A DNA stretch of 64,000 bases from Piromyces finnis finn (lineage: Eukaryota; Fungi; Neocallimastigomycota). Shown here piece by piece: positions 61,731-64,000 of this stretch. Where the stretch lies: the NCBI GenBank assembly GCA_002104945.1, contig MCFH01000025.1, positions 496,001 through 560,000 of the forward strand, given 5' to 3'. How positions within the stretch are numbered: position 1 is the first letter of the stretch; each line of letters opens with the position of its first letter. Below the pieces are notes generated by a model, which searched no databases, was not told the origin of the DNA, and saw only the letters and a program-made list of their open reading frames with translations. The translations under genes and the position numbers were made by a program.

Positions 61731-63728
61731 TTAAGCTTGTTCAACGTTTTCAAGGTACCATTGACCAAGGAATTCAAGAGACTTCTTTGGAATACGAGTA
61801 CGTTCATCATCATTGTAGAAGTCAATGTAGGTCATACCGAAACGAGTTTCATAACCGTTTTCCCATTCAAAGTTATCAACTAAAGACCAGGCCATGTAAC
61901 CACGGACATCAACACCATCTTCGGCATAGGCAAGACGAAGGTTTTCAAGGTATTGAGCGTACCAGTCAATACGGTATTCATCGTTAATAATGGATCCTTC
62001 AATATTGCTTTCATCTTCAATGATGGATTCATCGTAGGTGTCAGCATATTCTGGTTGACCAATGGATTCGAAGTATTCCTTGGTAACTAAATCGTTAGCA
62101 CGGCTAACCTTGTAGTTTGGTTGGGCACAACCGTTTTCGGTAATGATAATACCGTTCTTAATTAAACCCTTGTAACGGTCAGCGAACCAGTTAAGACCAA
62201 CACGGATAGTTGGACCGTACTTGGTGTTCCAGGAAGAACCAGCTTGGGAACCAAGAGTTGGTGGAATGCAGCTCCATCCTTCACCACGACCACGGCAGTT
62301 ATCATCCCACATATCTTGCTTGGAAGTTTCGAAGCTAGCTTCGTCATCAGTTGGTGGTTGGACGTAAGTACCATCTTCGTTCTTAACTTGTTCAGCCCAG
62401 TGAGCAGTGTAGGTGTTCCAACCTAAGAAGTCAGAAGATGATCCCTTTAAGAGCTTCTTTTCTTCTGGAGTGAAGACTGGCATATCCTTACCCATTCTTT
62501 GCTTGACGGAAGCTGGGTAATCACCAACCATTGGTGGGTCAGAGTACCAACCAATACGGAATTCAGCTGCTAAGTTGGCGTACTTCTTGTTGTTTTCTAA
62601 TTCTTCTGGAGTGGTGTTAGCGTCTTGCCATGGGATTTGAGCTTCACCATCAATGGTAATACCAATAAGACCCTTTTGCTTCTTTTGGAACTTCTTACGG
62701 TAGACATTGACAGCCTTGGCGTGAGCAATAAGAATGTTGTGAGAACACCAGACATCTTCTAATCTTTGTGGAGCACGGTTAGCTGGAAGAACTTCAGCTC
62801 CCTTGTAGTATTGAGATGGACCAATTTCGTAGGAACAACCTCCTTCTAAATCAAGTCCAGTAGTGTCGTTTTGGAGCTTACGTGGTGCTTCACCAGTACA
62901 TCTGTATGGAGCCTTACCTGGACCAAGACGGTAACCAGAAACACAGTTAACCCATGGTTCGTTAATGGTGATCCATCCCTTAACACGGTCACCGAAGGTT
63001 TCGAAACAGTATTCGGCATACTTGGCGAAATCATCTTGGGAACGGTAATCTAACCAACCACCGTACTTTTCGTGAAGGGCGTATGGAAGATCCCAGTGGT
63101 AGAGAGTGGCGAGTGGAGTAATTTCGTTTTCAAGAAGAGTATCAATGACCATGTTGTAGTATTGGGTACCCTTTTCGTTAACGTTCCACTTACCATTAAC
63201 CTTCTTGGCTTCACCATCTGGGAAAAGACGAGACCAAGAGATGGAGAAACGGTAGTGGTTGGCCTTCATGATCTTCATCATCTTAACATCTTCATCGAAC
63301 TTGTGGTATGAATCACAAGCAACATTACCGTTGGTGGAATCTGGGTTGGTTCTATCACCAGATTCAACGTTCTTTGGGTAAAGGTGGGTGAAGTGATCCC
63401 AAACGGATTCACCACGACCATCTTCGTTCCAGGCACCTTCAACTTGGTAGGCAGCAGTAGCAGCACCCCACTTGAAGTCAGCTGGAAGCTTCTTCTTTGG
63501 AGTTTCTTCAGCAGATTCAACACTAGAATCTTCAACATCTTCAAGAGAACCGGTAACTTCAACAATTTCTTCGTCAGATGGAACGGCAACATCATCAGCA
63601 CCAGCAACATCTTCAACTTCAGAGTTGAGAGCAACATCATCAGCAGCTGGAGCAGAAGTGTCCTTAACGATACACTTCTTAGCAGCAGTAACAGCTAATA
63701 AAGTAGTGAAAACAGAGAGAGTCTTCAT
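61731..63728 (-). CDS. Secreted GH1 beta-glucosidase (anaerobic-fungal Cel1A-like), intronless, no dockerin
   Basis: Signal peptide; WGAATAAYQVEG, YRFSISWSR, TLYHWDLP, WITINEP (acid/base), IITENG (nucleophile) and RGYMAWSLVDNFEW...RFG. Strong bias to C-ending codons. Confidence 0.96.
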   Translation of the reverse strand: MKTLSVFTTLLAVTAAKKCIVKDTSAPAADDVALNSEVEDVAGADDVAVPSDEEIVEVTGSLEDVEDSSVESAEETPKKKLPADFKWGAATAAYQVEGAWNEDGRGESVWDHFTHLYPKNVESGDRTNPDSTNGNVACDSYHKFDEDVKMMKIMKANHYRFSISWSRLFPDGEAKKVNGKWNVNEKGTQYYNMVIDTLLENEITPLATLYHWDLPYALHEKYGGWLDYRSQDDFAKYAEYCFETFGDRVKGWITINEPWVNCVSGYRLGPGKAPYRCTGEAPRKLQNDTTGLDLEGGCSYEIGPSQYYKGAEVLPANRAPQRLEDVWCSHNILIAHAKAVNVYRKKFQKKQKGLIGITIDGEAQIPWQDANTTPEELENNKKYANLAAEFRIGWYSDPPMVGDYPASVKQRMGKDMPVFTPEEKKLLKGSSSDFLGWNTYTAHWAEQVKNEDGTYVQPPTDDEASFETSKQDMWDDNCRGRGEGWSCIPPTLGSQAGSSWNTKYGPTIRVGLNWFADRYKGLIKNGIIITENGCAQPNYKVSRANDLVTKEYFESIGQPEYADTYDESIIEDESNIEGSIINDEYRIDWYAQYLENLRLAYAEDGVDVRGYMAWSLVDNFEWENGYETRFGMTYIDFYNDDERTRIPKKSLEFLGQWYLENVEQA

Positions 63729-64000
63729 TTTTTTTTTTTTTAAACTTAAATTAATAAATATCTATTCTAAATTCTTTAATACCAAATTTTTTTTTGGTGG
63801 AATTTAAAGAAAAAAAATAAATTTATGGGAATTTTTTTCTTTTATATATGAAATGAATAATTTAAATTTTTAATATATGTTTTATTATTTCATATAATGT
63901 TTTATATTTTCTATGATTGACTCATATATTAATTGGACTATTGACAGGCACCATTTTTAATTTAATATAAAAATGATCTAAATATTTGTGTAACATTATT

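Overview
Extremely AT-rich, intron-containing eukaryotic DNA, almost certainly from an anaerobic gut fungus (Neocallimastigomycota). The evidence is fungal non-catalytic dockerins, a solute-binding-protein/class C-like 7TM receptor, a flagellar radial spoke gene and intronless bacterial-type CAZymes. 1-14.3 kb is an intron-rich housekeeping block: an acidic W-ending protein tail, radial spoke head RSP4/6, a two-finger GATA factor, MCM-BP, prefoldin 4 and a divergent PNPOx-like gene. 15-47 kb is an accessory block: a 50-nt retroposed insert with poly(A) and 13-bp TSD, a secreted Cys-rich protein, GH10 xylanase with two dockerins, a MATH-MATH-Pro/Gln/Tyr protein, a bacterial-like GNAT with a 1-nt frameshift, an SBP-7TM receptor, an LRR_5/transglutaminase-like protein lacking the catalytic residues, a Cthe_2159-type beta-helix protein and a divergent VPS9 gene. 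49-61 kb is a mobile-element zone: a MITE, ankyrin remnants and a head-to-tail array of three pieces of one APE-RT-CCHC non-LTR retrotransposon family. The window ends with a GH1 beta-glucosidase. The most notable observations are: (i) the LINE array, with a single ORF carrying an RRM-like N-terminus, a shared in-frame stop in the CCHC knuckle, a multi-hairpin cassette at the copy A/B junction, and junctions compatible with template jumping; (ii) three genes with apparently lost catalytic or ligand residues; (iii) a lone-Cys K-C-I-V-[KR] motif shared by two unrelated secreted proteins. Exon structures, alignments and mismatch counts were derived by eye and need computational confirmation.
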